From: Octopus sinensis
Taxonomy: Eukaryota
DNA length: 64,000 bases
Assembly (NCBI RefSeq): GCF_006345805.1
Contig: NC_043001.1
Coordinates: 110,050,001-110,114,000 of the forward strand
Reading direction: 5' to 3'
The position numbers and the translations under genes were made by a program. This document shows positions 12,447 through 25,880 of the stretch, piece by piece. A model generated the notes under the pieces. The model was not told the DNA's origin. It saw nothing but the letters and a program-made list of their open reading frames with translations, and did not search any database. Every line of letters begins with the position of its first letter. Positions within the stretch are counted from its first letter, which is position 1.

Positions 12447-13190
12447 ATAGGTTGGACCAAAATTAATGCCCCAATTTAAGCTTTTGAAAACAAATATATG
12501 AAATGTAATGAAAATGAAAAAAAGAGACATGTAATATACAAATTTTACATGAAACACGAAGAGAACATTAATTTGAAAAGTCATTCTAAGAGACGGCCAT
12601 TCGTTGCTATGCACGACATTTATTCGGAAAGATGACTGAGACATACAGTTGCTTCCAATTCGTTCCAATTATGGATCTTTTCCTTCCAGATTTGATTGCT
12701 GAGATGTCCCAAGACAAAAAAGTTGCACTTAGTTAAATCCGGAGATGTTGCTGGATATTCACAAAAGCTGCCGCGATATCCAATCCAACGATTTCGTTGG
12801 TGCTTATCGAGGAAATTTCTTAGACTTTTGTCATAATAAGCAGGTTCTCTATCTTGCACAAAGACTTTGGAATGACGGTATCGAAAACACGACCAGATGA
12901 TGTTTTAACACAACGCCAGGTAACGATCACCATTCATCGTCCCTCGTTGAATATGGAAGGCACAAATTTCTAAAGACGATATCGCCGCTAAATGACAAGA
13001 GAAGATGAATTGACGTGCTTTTCCCAAACCGCTTCTGAATAATAGAAGCAGTTATGGCGGTTGATGGGACCGGAAACATGGAAGATCGCTTTATCAGCGA
13101 AAATGAGTCGATCAAAAACTCTGGAATCTCTGGCTTCTGCCAGCATTCTTTCACAAAATTCGACACGTCGAATAGTGATTCAAGAAATTA
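12447..13190 (-). pseudogene. Tc1/mariner transposase remnant (DD41D/rosa-like), C-terminal half with one terminal inverted repeat
   Basis: RRVEFCERML..RLIFADKAIFHVSGPINRHNC (first catalytic D region). QDREPAY..RNFLDKH..RWIGYRG..YPATSPDLTKCNFFVLGHL (42 residues between second D and third catalytic position). CIATNGRLLE*. Terminus AGGTTGGACCAAAATTAATGCCCC joins (TA)n. Confidence 0.85.
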
Positions 13191-13199
13191 CTGAACTCA

Positions 13200-13432
13200 T
13201 AGACATGTGTGTGTATGTATTTGTGTGTCTGTGTCTTTGTACCACAACCATTGCTTGACAGTCGATGTTGGTGTATTAACGCCCCCGCAACTTAGCGGTT
13301 CGGCAAAAAAAAAACGGATAGAATAAGTACTAGTCTGGCAAAAAAATCAGTCCTGGGGTCGGGGTCGATTTGTTCGACGAAGTGCAGAGCTCTAGCATGG
13401 CCGCAGAAAAATGACTGAAACAAATAAAAAAT
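13200..13432 (+). mobile_element. SINE group A, 3' half
   Basis: AACTTAGCGGTTCGGC..GAATAAGTACTAG..GGGGTCGATTTG..AGCATGGCCGCAG..GACTGAAAC. Confidence 0.8.
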
Positions 13433-13687
13433 ATCTATCTATCTATCTATCTATCTATTTATTCTTGGCTTTGCTGCTGACGCGAGCTTCGCCAAGTAAA
13501 ATATTTTATTTGCTGAAGATAGTTTGAAACCATAGTATCGGGAATAGAGTGTAAATGTTTTTTTTTTATTTTTCATTCCCTTTCGAATTTACCCCTAATA
13601 ATGGTTTGGAATTTAACTACTCCTTCTAGCGGGTAGGATGTCCTGTTATGGCCATCTCTTATGTGTTTAAATGTACACTGTATTTTT

Positions 13688-13688
13688 A

Positions 13689-13762
<74 letters not shown>

Positions 13763-13765
13763 CCT
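13688..13765. repeat. (TATC)n microsatellite
   Basis: Direct. Confidence 0.95.
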
Positions 13766-14736
13766 ATATGTATATATATAATGCATACATTCTGTGACTT
13801 GACTTTGACACATTCCTGAGAGTGTGACAGTTTACTTGATGTAGGCTTTCAGTCATCTGTAATAAGAACAGTGGTGATGATGGAGATGATATCAACTCCG
13901 ATAATGACGGGAACCGGATGTAATAAAGGTTTATATATGGGTGATGTTATGTGCAATTAGATTCAGATAATGATGCTGGTGATATAATTAATGATACAAC
14001 TATTTTCACGTGGAAGATAAACACCAAAACATCGATGACACAGAAGATAATGACGACGATGACGATGACGATGACGTCTACGACGGCGGCCATTGGCTTT
14101 ACAACTACCATGGAACCAATGGCGTGACGATGGTACGTTTTTCTACCGACTAATTGTATCCAAACAAACAGTCACCTGTTTATAAATGTTTCGGTGGACA
14201 GTAACAATAGACATGTCGCCTATCCCAAACACAAAAGCCGGATATTCTTCTGTCAACCAATCCCGTTATCTCTTTCTTGTCATCTCTGACAACAAAATCG
14301 ATATCAGATTCTGTAGAGCTTTCAATAGCCTAATGCAATCTACTTTATATTCACCGATCATCATTTAAACATTTCATGTGTCCCCTAATTTCTTCCTTTC
14401 TTTCTTTTCCTTATTGTGACTGTGTGCTGGTGTGCTTATATATGTATGTGACTGTGTGTGATTATGTATGTGAATATATATATATGTATGTATAATTTTC
14501 ATTTTCTTTTTCTTCCTGTATATACACACTTCAGCTCTCAAAACTTGTTTACATTTCGCATGTCTTTGATCAAGAACACAAACGTTTATTTATACATACT
14601 GATGCACACGCATATACACAGGTTCAAACGCACAGACACCCACGCTCAAGAATATGTAATTTTCATCAAGTTTGCGAATCTATTTGGTTTTAATCAGTCT
14701 CTCAGTGCACCGATCCTTGACTCTGTCTGTCCATCC

Positions 14737-14801
<65 letters not shown>

Positions 14802-14918
14802 CCTACCTACCTATGATGTATGTATGTATGTATGTATATATCTATCTATCTATCTATCTATCTAACAGCCTATCTATATGTGTGTGGAAAGATATATAAG
14901 TAGACACACACATATAGA

Positions 14919-14971
<53 letters not shown>

Positions 14972-14973
14972 TA

Positions 14974-15211
14974 TATCTGTAAATGTAATATGTGACAATT
15001 ATTCGGTAGCCATGATAAAACTCCACGCCGCCATCTCTTCAGTTATCTGGCCATCGGAGAAAATGCCATGGAAAAGAGATGGCGGTGTGGATTTCCACCC
15101 CGGCATCCGAAACTCGGAGTTTTATTATGGCTACCGAAAAATTGTCACATATTACATTTACAGATAAATCGAGGTCTCTTTCATTCTTTTATTGCCTTAC
15201 CCTTTCTATCA
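14974..15211. mobile_element. Fold-back Penelope-like terminus (family 2) inside (TA)n
   Basis: 51-bp inverted arms 14974-15024/15116-15166 (2 mismatches) plus inner 17-bp arms 15023-15039/15074-15090. Hammerhead parts are split between the arms. Confidence 0.65.
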
Positions 15212-15290
<79 letters not shown>

Positions 15291-15814
15291 GAGAGAGAGG
15301 GAGAGAGAGAGATCCACAAACCGACAGACCGACAGATCGATCGATAGATAAATAGATAGGCTGATGGGAACGAACATGATACGTAGTAAAAGTTTTGAAT
15401 TTAACTCAAAGTCTGATAGATTCATGCAGTGAGCTCATCAGTCTGATAAGCCACGCACTAAACTCCAGATTTTAAAGCTACTTTTAAGCCATTTTGCCGT
15501 TTACTTGCATTCTTATTTTCGTCTCTTCAGTAATAAGCAACTTAAGATCAAATGCTCGACCAGAATGTCTTCAAATCCATATAAACAGTGAGTAAACTGT
15601 TCATGGCACTAAACCAACAAGTGCAGGTTTAGTTGGCGGTACAAACACATGGCTGTGTAGCTGAGAGTCTCGCTTTACAACCACTTGGTTTACGTTTCAG
15701 TCTCAATTCGTGATATCGTGGTCAAGTCTCTAGACCTGGCGAATGAATGTTGGTGAATGGATAGCCCATGCTATATGCATATATATATGTGTGTAAGTTT
15801 GACTTATGTCCTGG

Positions 15815-16039
15815 CGTTTGTATGTCCTTGTTTGTCCTCTCTGTGTTTAGCCACTTGTGGGTAGTAAAAAATTGGTATTTCGTCTGTCTTTACGTTCAGA
15901 GTTCAAATTCTTCCGAGGTTGACTTTGCCTTTCATCCTTTCGGGGTCGATAAATTAAGGACCAGTTGTGTACTGGGGTCGATCTAATCGACTGGTGTCCT
16001 CCCCCAAAATTTCTGGCCTTGTGCTTAGAGTAGAAAAGA
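15815..16039 (+). mobile_element. SINE group B, partial
   Basis: GAGTTCAAATTC..GACTTTGCCTTTCATCCTTTCGGGGTCGATAAATTAAG. Confidence 0.85.
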
Positions 16040-16452
16040 ATATCATGCTGTTTTTATTAGTCGCATCCAAAAGTTAATTCAAAAATACTCATCGATTATT
16101 CTTCGAGAAAATACAACGGAAGATTCAAGTAGCAGCCCTGACAACTGGCCCTTATTTAAACAATTATATATCTGAAGGAAATTCCTGACATACCTAAACA
16201 AATACCGCGGTATGGTTCGCTCTGTTATTTATTTTACGTATAGGAAATATTACTGGGTGTACACATTTTTGTTAATATTATCATTATTATTATTATCATC
16301 ATCATCATGGTCATCATCATCGCTATCGTCGTGATTATGCTATCTGGAAATCTGAAATATTTCTCTACTAAATACTAGTAATATATACTTTTAATTTCAC
16401 TTACGTTTCATGTCTCTCTCTCTATATATATACGTATATATATATATATAAT

Positions 16453-16509
<57 letters not shown>

Positions 16510-16860
16510 TTACATACTTGGGAGCGTGTGTGTGTGTATGTGTGCATATATGTGTGCCTACGTGTCTATAAATATATAGAACATTCGTAGTTACATACAC
16601 ACACACACATATTCAATATTTGCCTATTTGTTCCACCTGAAAACACTTGTATGTCTTTCCCTCTCTCAGTTGACTAACTGTCTAATTGACTCGAACGCGA
16701 TCGTTTCCAGGGTCACTTTATGATTTACAATCAAAGTTATTTTATTACTTATTCTTTTGCTGAAATGTTACGTACTATCTTTTCAGGAATTTGTTCGTGT
16801 TTTCTTTACACCACACTCAACCTATATTTCTATTGTGCTTTTAAATTAGTCGATACTTAC

Positions 16861-16994
16861 GCATCAGAGACACTCAATACAATTGGCTCACGACTTTCAC
16901 CCGGACACTGCGCCATGGCAAACGCCGTTGTTATAATATGCAGACTCATTGTATTTTCAAACTTTATAATCCTTTCAGATGTTATCCTATATCG
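16861..16994 (-). CDS. Candidate exon of unknown protein (RYRITSERIIKFENTMSLHIITTAFAMAQCPGESREPIVLSVSDA)
   Basis: Acceptor ctttcgtgttgcatag, donor GC|GTAAGT and a 134-nt open frame with an in-frame GCCATGG. No recognisable homology. Confidence 0.3.
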
Positions 16995-17712
16995 CTATGC
17001 AACACGAAAGCTCTCCCCATACAAATATTTCAGAATAAACATAAATATTATATATATATATTTGGATATAACCAAAAGAATGTATTATCAAGTTATGTAG
17101 AAGAGTTTCTGTTGTGTCTGGGGAGAGTCTTTTCTTTCTGTGCCTTATTATGTAACACATTCACCGGTAAAATTTCCACTTTTTTCTTATTTTTATTTTC
17201 CTAAAACTTTCGTTGCGTCTTGCAACCTTTCCAATAGTCTTGACTCTCGACGAAAATTTTAGGAAAATGAAAATAAGAAATAAGTGGAAATTTTACCAGT
17301 GAGTGTGTTACATTATAAGGCACAAAAAGAAATTGAATCTCCCCAGACACAATAGAATATGCTTCAACACACGAACTCATATAAAGTACCTTGTGAACCA
17401 AATCCAAAAACGAAATACAAGAGTTTCTATATATCAAAATATATCTTGAAATTCACTCCTTTGCGACATATATTGCAGACTGATGCTGTAGGTAAAGTAA
17501 TGACAAGCTCCATGAGTTTCCCTGAGGAATTGCACACGGTACATTATGAAGCAAATCTGTTATTTCTTCTAATACCATAATATAAAGATATATGTATATA
17601 TTATGGACTCAACCGTGTTCTAAAGTAAGTCGAAAGGTAAGCTAGTATAAATCGGCACGAACTTTCCGGACAACCCAATATATATAAATATATATATGTA
17701 TATATATATATA

Positions 17713-17885
17713 CTTTATTTAAAGCAGCAGTAAATTCAGCAAAACCTGTTACTCTGAGTTTCGCGAAACTCAGAGTAACAGGTTTTGTTGAATTTTCTGC
17801 TGCTTTAAATAAAGCATATTACTCTACCACTGGTATTTGAGTACTCCTTTTTCCACCTTGTTTCACATTTATGTGTTTACTCCGG
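17713..17885. mobile_element. Loop-less 102-bp palindrome plus tail; probable Penelope-like terminus (family 3)
   Basis: 51-bp arms 17713-17763/17764-17814 with 2 mismatches. GAAACTC-A-GAGTA lies immediately right of the centre. Flanked by (TA)n on both sides. Confidence 0.65.
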
Positions 17886-17899
17886 TATATATATATATA

Positions 17900-18428
17900 T
17901 TAATTAATAATAATAATAAAAATATTAGGGAGTAAATCCAAACTTACAGGGAATAATTAGATTTAGGATTAAATCTAATTTTATAGTATAAATATATATT
18001 ATATTAAATTAGAGATAAAACCACTATTAGGCAAATCAAACAGTGAAAATCATAAGTCAATACATAGAAATAAAATTAATTAAAAAATATAAAAAATATA
18101 AAATATAAAATATAAAAATCCAATTAAAATATTTAAATTAAAGATAAAATTTTTAAAACTTATTTAAATTAATAAATTAAACTTATAAATTTTAAATATA
18201 TATATATATATTTATTATTATTTTATTTATTTATTTATTTATTTTTAATATTTTTTTAAATTTTAAACTATCAAAAAGTATTAAAAGTTAAATATTTTAA
18301 TTGGATTTTTATATTTTATATTTTATATTTTTTATATTTTTTAATTAATTTTATTTCTATGTATTGGCCTATGATTTTCACTGTTTGATTTGCCTAATAG
18401 TGGTTTTATCTCTAATTTAATATAATAT

Positions 18429-18430
<2 letters not shown>
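17900..18430. repeat. AT-rich inverted repeat (about 145-bp arms, about 150-bp spacer); probable inverted Penelope-like tail
   Basis: About 17990-18135 (AAATTAGAGATAAAACCACTATTAGGCAAATCAAACAGTGAAAATCAT...) is the reverse complement of about 18288-18430, nearly identical. (TA)n flanks. Confidence 0.8.
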
Positions 18431-18473
<43 letters not shown>

Positions 18474-18888
18474 GCTTTGAGCTATTTAAGTAAATGGTGA
18501 TAAATGTAGTTTGGTGTATATAATATTTAGAAACGCATATCAGAAGTTTTTCCCATGAGAAACTAAACAAAGAACGTTGAAATTTATCCCCGTAGATATC
18601 GATTCAAAGCAACCATCTTACCAATAATTATTATTGCAGGAAAATAAAGTATATTCAACATATAAGAATTATATTTAGGTCAGAGTTCCTCTGGTGAATT
18701 TCTGTGAAGACAAGTCATTTTGATGATATGAATCGTGTCATCGTTGTTGATTCTGATGCAATTATTATCGCCATTTTGTTTGTTATTTATCTTTTTTATA
18801 AAAAAAGAACTTTTACTGTTTTGACTGCTTTTGCTTAATCCCCAATGTTCTAACAAGGAGGCAACTTTTGTACTACCAAATTGTGATA

Positions 18889-19292
18889 TATTTCTTTACC
18901 ACCAACAGAGAGGACAAACAAGGACAGACAAACGGATTAAGTCGATTATATCGACCCCAGTGCGTAACTGGTACTTATTTAATCGACCCCGAACGGATGA
19001 AAGGCAAAGTTGACCTCGGTGGAATTCGACCTCACAACGTAGCGGCAGACGAAATACCTATTTCTTTACTAACCACAAGGGGCTAAACATAGAGGGGACA
19101 AACAAGGACAGACAAACGGATTAAGTCGATTATATCGACCCCAGTGCGTAATTGATACTTATTTAATCGACCCCGAAAGGATGAAAGGCAAAGTCGACCT
19201 CGGCGGAATTTGAACTCAGAACGTAACGGCAGACGAAACACCGCTAAGCATTTCGCCCGGCGTGCTAACATTTCTGCCAGCTCGCTGCCTTA
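18889..19292 (-). mobile_element. SINE group B: one head plus two tandem body units
   Basis: Head GGCAGCGAGCTGGCAGAAATGTTAGCACGCCGGGCG and a duplicated body. Confidence 0.9.
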
Positions 19293-19694
19293 TAATACAA
19301 TTGTATAGTCTGCACTTTTTTAGAAATTTTGACGAGTGATGCATCATAAGCAGGCAAGATGATCATGGGCGAAGTGTGACAGTTATTCTATTCGCATCAT
19401 TTACATATGCCAGGCCCTGCCTCCTGCAACAATATCTGGTTATTAGTTTTTAGTACGTCAAATTTAATTATTTGCGTAATTGGTATTTTAAATATAGTGT
19501 TACTTTACGAGACTGATACAATATTTTCCATGCTTTGAAATACTCGGTACTGGGGTGGATTTGTTCGACTAACCTCTTCAGGGCGGTGCTCCAGTATGGG
19601 GACAGTCTAATGACTGAAACAAATATAGATAAAACATAAAAACATGTGTATGTATGTATGTGTATACGTACGTACATATTATATATATATATAT

Positions 19695-20098
19695 ACTCTT
19701 TTACTCTTTTACTTGTTCCAGTCATTTGACTGGGGCAATGCTGCAGCACCGCCTTTAGTTGAACACATCGACCCCAGGACTTATTCTTTGTAAGCCTAGT
19801 ACTTATTCTATCGGTCTCTTTTGCCGAACCGCTACATTACGGGTACGTAAACACACCAGCATCACTTGTCAAGTGATGTTGGAGGACACACACAAATACA
19901 CACACATACGCACATATATATATATACATATATACGACGGTCTTCTTTCAGTTTCCGCTGTCTACCAAATCCACTCACAAGGCTTCGGTCGTCCCGAGGC
20001 TATAGTACAAGACACTTGCCGAAGGTTCCACGCAGTGGGACTGAACCCGGAACCATGTGGTTGGTAAGCAAGCTGCTTACCACACAGCCACTTCTGTG
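19695..20098 (-). mobile_element. SINE group A, full length
   Basis: Colinear with the other group A copies. Confidence 0.9.
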
Positions 20099-20157
20099 CA
20101 TATATATATGTAAGTGTCTATGTATGTATGTGTGCGCGTGTTTGTATTGGTATGGTG

Positions 20158-20194
<37 letters not shown>

Positions 20195-21219
20195 ATATAT
20201 ATATATGTATGTATGCATGTATATATGTATTTGTGTGTGTGTGTTTGTAAAGCTACTTATTAGCATATAATCTTTCATTTAATCACCTGTGTGTACAAAT
20301 TATGAATCAGATACTATAAATAGAAACGTATCCGCCCTCATAATCTTTTATCTCCTCCATCATTTCTTGTTTCTCTTTCAGCATCATACTTTTGTATTTC
20401 TTTTGTTTTTCTTTTTTCATTTCTTTTTGTTTTTGGCTTTCTTTGTTTTTTTCTTACTAAGCGTCTAGTTTCGCTTTCTTGTTTTATCGAATCACGTCAC
20501 GATCAACATCAACACTGTCCCCGCCACCTCCTCCACTACCAACACAACTATCACCACCATCATTAGCATTATCCTTATCGTCGTCATCGTCATCGTCATC
20601 ACCCTCCCTATCATCATCATCTTTATCCTTCCCATCACCAATATCAGTAGTAGTATTTTTGTTATTTTGTTAATATTATTTCTTGTTAAATTGTATTATA
20701 GAAATCAAATGTTTCTCAGGTCGGATTAAGGAATTACTGAAGAGATGAATTACTAAAGAATTTATTAATAATGTGCCTTGTGTCTCTCTGAAAATGAAAA
20801 ATTAGATCAAAATCTGTCAGTTTCAGCAAATTTGTAGCAATAATGGAGACTAGATAAACAGATGAGATTGTCAACCGATTACTCTACGCGAAGATAAAAG
20901 GCATTGGTTGGGACATAGTGGAATGAGAATGGCCCTCAATCACATCATCGATAAGAAGCAGAAAATCAGCTATTTTCGATAAAGGAGGCGTACTGATGTC
21001 ATGAAATCCGTTTGATGGTATTGGACTGCAAATGGGAATCTTGGCAACACGGCCACGCTTCGAATTTTAATGTAAACCATTGGTCGTATACTACACCATT
21101 CGAGTAGATGCGCCTGAGATGTTTGCAAATAAGGATAAACATGAGACGGTGAGTCTTGAGGCTTACTCGCCGAGCTAATGCGCTTCTAGGCCGAGACACA
21201 CCTGCTGTTACATTCTTAC

Positions 21220-21351
21220 CTTCGTGGAAAGCTTAATTGCATTGGAAATAAAACCGAACTTTTTCGGGATGCATGCAATTCGATGAATCTTCTCGTGGGA
21301 TTCTTTAATTATACGTGCATTGCATATGATTTGCAAGTTTATGTCGAACGG
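21220..21351 (-). CDS. Weak candidate exon (PFDINLQIICNARIIKESHEKIHRIACIPKKFGFISNAIKLSTK)
   Basis: Strong donor AAG|GTAAGA, weak acceptor catgctag, 44 open codons. Phase-compatible with 16861-16994. Confidence 0.18.
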
Positions 21352-21961
21352 CTAGCATGCTTATGGGGCAGTTATTATTTGGTTATTATTCGGATAATCG
21401 TGAAGATTGCCTCACAATAAGGAACAATTAGAATTCCTCTGACACTCGGCAATGGAGAAGGAAGTTGTATCATAAACGCGGCTAAAACTTATGCGGACTA
21501 GCGTTTTCATCGAAGCCCAAACGGATACCAAGCTTTTGTATGAGGTGAAGAGATAGGTGAGGGTAAAGAGGCTGCCATACAGGAATATTGATGAAAGGTA
21601 GTTCAGAGTGCCGAAAGTGTCGCAGCCCAATGAGGCGACTGCTAACTATGTAGCGGTTGACTCAATACAAAAACCATGTGTTGCTATTTCCCCAATTCCA
21701 AACATCGTAGGTTTTTATGGCTAATAAAATATCGTTGGCGCGTCGGAAAAAGTGATTCGAGGCGATTTCTTCTGATTCTTTGCGTTCTAAGTTCGAATCA
21801 CGCCGATGTTAACTCTGCGTTTCATCACTACGAGATATATAAAATAAAATACCAGTAAAATTCTGGACATCGATGTAACCAACTACCAACTAACTCTAAA
21901 CTACTACTTGCCGTGCGACAAAATTGGAAAACATTATTATTATTATTATTATTATTATTAT

Positions 21962-22260
21962 AGAAGACATCGCATAGAATCGAATACTGTGATGTAGATT
22001 GAAGATATTCCATGTAACGAAGATTTGTACTTTCAGTCAAGTCACAACAGGACCTCAAACAGATGGGACTTTCCGCAGTATGCGTGTAGTTCCAAGTGAA
22101 GCCTATCTTTTTCAAGGCACCAAGATTGTAGTGTATTGGTTGGTATTGAACCAAATGCTCCATGACAACAGGAACGAACATTGTTTGATACTCGCAGCTG
22201 CCACGTCTCGGCGATTTCAATTTTGAGGTCTCCACATCTGTTGACCTTTACTTTTTTTTC
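21962..22260 (-). mobile_element. R4/Dong-type (restriction-like endonuclease) LINE 3' remnant with (TAA)n tail
   Basis: NRCGDLKIEIAETWQL..MFVPVV(I)GAFGSIP after small frameshifts. Ends in TAATAATAA at 21935-21961. Confidence 0.7.
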
Positions 22261-22635
22261 ATAAAATGTTCATCTCCTAACACTGCCACGTCGATAATTA
22301 GGCAATCTTGCTTGTCCTTCCTAAAGGTTACTATATCCGACCTTTAGTGTTCTAACAGCCTGTCTATCTGGAAGTCAAATTGCCAGTAGATCTTTCCCTT
22401 CCCGTTTTGGTCCATTATACATTGGTCCCAAGAACCCGTTACCTCACGCCGTCAAAAAAATGCTTAGCGGCATTTCGACCGTTTTAACGTTGATTTCAAA
22501 TTCCGACGAGTTCGATAATGTCTTTCATCCTTTAGGAATTGATAACATACCTACCAGTTGAACACGGGAGTCGATAACTTCGACTGGCCCCACTCACCCG
22601 TAATTGTTGGTCTCGTGCCATAATTGGAAAACATT

Positions 22636-22707
22636 ATTATTATCCTTATCATTATTATTATCATTATCATTGTTATTTTTATTATTATTATTATATTATT
22701 ATTATTA

Positions 22708-22772
<65 letters not shown>

Positions 22773-22855
22773 TATTATTTTATTACTATTATTATTATCA
22801 TCCTCATCATCATCATCATCAGCATCAGCATCCTCATCATCATTATTATTATTGA
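22636..22855. repeat. (ATT)n/(ATC)n microsatellite
   Basis: Direct. Confidence 0.95.
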
Positions 22856-23661
22856 GTTGTTGGTGCTATTAATATTGTTACTCCCATCTTTTTCAATTAT
22901 ATCATTTGTTGTTTTTGATTGGTTTTGGTATTGTCTTTATTGTTTTACTTTCCTTCTATTAACGTGTACTTGCGTTATAATATCATTGAAATTGGCGTCA
23001 CCTTCAATGTTTTCATTGGCTTCGGACGGTATTAGTCTGCCATCGCTTTTTCTGTTATCTTTCCCATCGATCTATTTCGATTGAAGATTAAGACTTCTTG
23101 TTGTTCTTCATGTTGACATTAATATTCTCGTGCGTGTGAGTTTGTGCGTAGACGCTTATATGTGCGAGGTTATGAGTAGCTATTACGGGTTTTGTATGGT
23201 AGTGTGTAGCGATGAATAGTTATGTGTGAGTATCAGTAAAATGAAGGATTTCCAGATAGCTATATCATATGTTCGGACAATATAAAATATATATATAACA
23301 TATATATTGATAAAAGATATAAAAAAATGAACAGAAGTAATTGTGAACATAGAAAATGTACCAGATGAGAACAAATGATAAACCAAAAGAAAACAAGATA
23401 AAACGAGAGACAAATTCTTGTATAGTCACTTATAAACATTTTAAAAACGAATGGAACCAACAGAAATGCCATTCATATATATATGAAGGCTATTTCTTGT
23501 GGTTCCAATATACATATATATATATATATATATGAAAAGAGCTCGTCGTATATATTTGTACATATACATATATGTGGGTGTGTCTGTGTATCTGTGTATC
23601 ACTTTACAACAGATGCTGGTGTCTTTACATATTTATGTATGTATGTATATATATGTACGTA

Positions 23662-23770
<109 letters not shown>

Positions 23771-25452
23771 AGTGGATGTATTTATTACTAAATACAGTTG
23801 TTTAAGAACTATAACTAAAGTAATGCTTTAAAACTTCTTCATGTGTTACCAAAGAAACTGGTATAAATGTATACGAATAAATTACTTTGCAAGTATTTAC
23901 AAGTATTTCATTTAGTATTATATAAGTTTGCTTCAAAAACATGCATTTGCGCTGCCAGACTGTTTGAGAAGGAGACTTCTGTTATAAGCCCCGACTCGCC
24001 AATGCCTTTATAATATACTTGGTTGGCTGAAACTGTGGAAATCCGCCAGGTGTATACATTTACAGATATGTGTGTATGTGTCTGTGTTTGAGTGTGTTGT
24101 GTGTGTGTATATGTGTGTGTGTGTGTTTGCGGGCACGCGCGTAATACAAAAGTTATAATTAATACGAAGACGAGATAAGAGAACTAACACAAATATTCCA
24201 TTAGGCTAAGCCAAGATTGAAGGAAAAGCATTTCATGTTACGAGTATAAGTTCGTCAATTGAATGAATCGACCAGCAGAGAGAAAAAAAGTGGAGCGATG
24301 ACAAAAATGTGTCTCTATTAGACGGTCCCCGCATGCTGAAATGACTGGAAGTAGTAAGAGGTCACTTGAGGCTTTGGTGTTAAGGGAGACAACTACTAAT
24401 ATGACATGGAAATGTATATGTCAGCACACGTGTGTGTGTGCATGTAGCTAATGTACGAGGTCATATTCTTTGTTTCTACGTCTGTATATGTACATTTACG
24501 TTTATGTATGAGCAAACGTGTGTGTCATTGTTTCTGCTTTTGTGTGTGTATGAGGATACTGACATATATGCGCATGTAGGTGCATACATGTGTGTGTGTG
24601 TATGAAGCCACTATGTGTTTGTACATGCGTGCTTCTGTGTGCCCTTGTGTGTTTGCCTATTAGTATATATATGTGTATGCATGTATGCGTAGATGTGTCC
24701 ACTCGTTTTTGTCTCTTACCAATTGAAAACACGTATCAGTTTGCTTTCGAAATCACAGCCGGACGGTGCAGCAAAAAAAAAAACCACAGCCGAACGGTAC
24801 AAGAGAAAGTGCTCCAAAAAAATAAGAAAGTCCGTAACATAAAAGAAGTACTTTGATTTGTCTCATCCACTAAAACCAATTGACGCCGTGCTGTACCATC
24901 ATCATATTCCAGTGAGTGAAACAAATAAAAGAAATTATTACCTTAAATGAATCGTAAGTACATGTTAAGAATCCTTCTCTCCTGCATGGAATTCAGCATT
25001 CCACATACAGGCGTATGTTAACTTAAAAGAGTTAAGTTAACATCAATATAATATATACAACAAGGTTTCAAAAACTAACCGTAGCTAAACGACTTTGAGG
25101 AAGAAAACAGTTAGAGTTTCCTGGTTTCTCTGGTGTATATATTCCTCCCTAGATGGGACCCAAGTCCATCACAGGATTATTAACTGTTTAATTATATCGC
25201 CAACTCCGGGAGAAATGCAGAATATGTATGCATCTTTGTTATCATTATTCCAACCATACATTTCAAAGAATTTCTTTTGAAATATGTTGATGAAATTCAA
25301 AATAAAATACAATAATTTACAAAAGAGAGTAAAATCAAGTAGCCTGGATGCCATAGACACGGTGGTATATTGTGTTCTTGGGCAAAACTTCATTTCAGGT
25401 TACGTCAGTTCACTATTATTGTAAATGAATAATTCTTCAATAGATTGCAGTC

Positions 25453-25880
25453 TTGTTCAGACGGAATGATTTGAACTTGATCAGTCACACGCAATGGAAG
25501 CCGACTAACCATTCATACGATTACTATGACTCGAGATTGGAATGTCAAGGAGATCATGCTAGTTTACCTGCAGAAAAGATAAGCGTGTTTGCATTTTGGT
25601 ACATACATACATATGTTACACTATCCAGATTACAAGTTTAGATCTGTACCTGTAATTATTGGGGCCCTGGGATATGTAACACACAGCCTAAGGCCCAATC
25701 TTGAGAAATTATGCTTCTCAAAATTAGAAAGGAGAAAGCTAATTCGAGGACTACAGATCCAATACATCAGGGGAACTGTAAAGATCTGTAAAACCTTCCA
25801 CAAGTTTATCATTTAAATATATATGAGCATGTCTAGATATGCAACTATATGCATGAGAAGCCATACATAAAGCATCCAAA
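25453..25880 (+). mobile_element. RLE-type (R4/Dong-like) LINE 3' remnant followed by (TACA)n
   Basis: HYPDYKFRSVPVIIGALGYVTHSLRPNLEKLCFSKLERRKLIRGLQIQYIRGTVKICKTFHKFII*. Confidence 0.75.

Noticed and set aside
25015-25043. 12-bp AT-rich hairpin ATGTTAACTTAA/TTAAGTTAACAT
   Set aside because: Short and AT-only, so expected by chance at this base composition.
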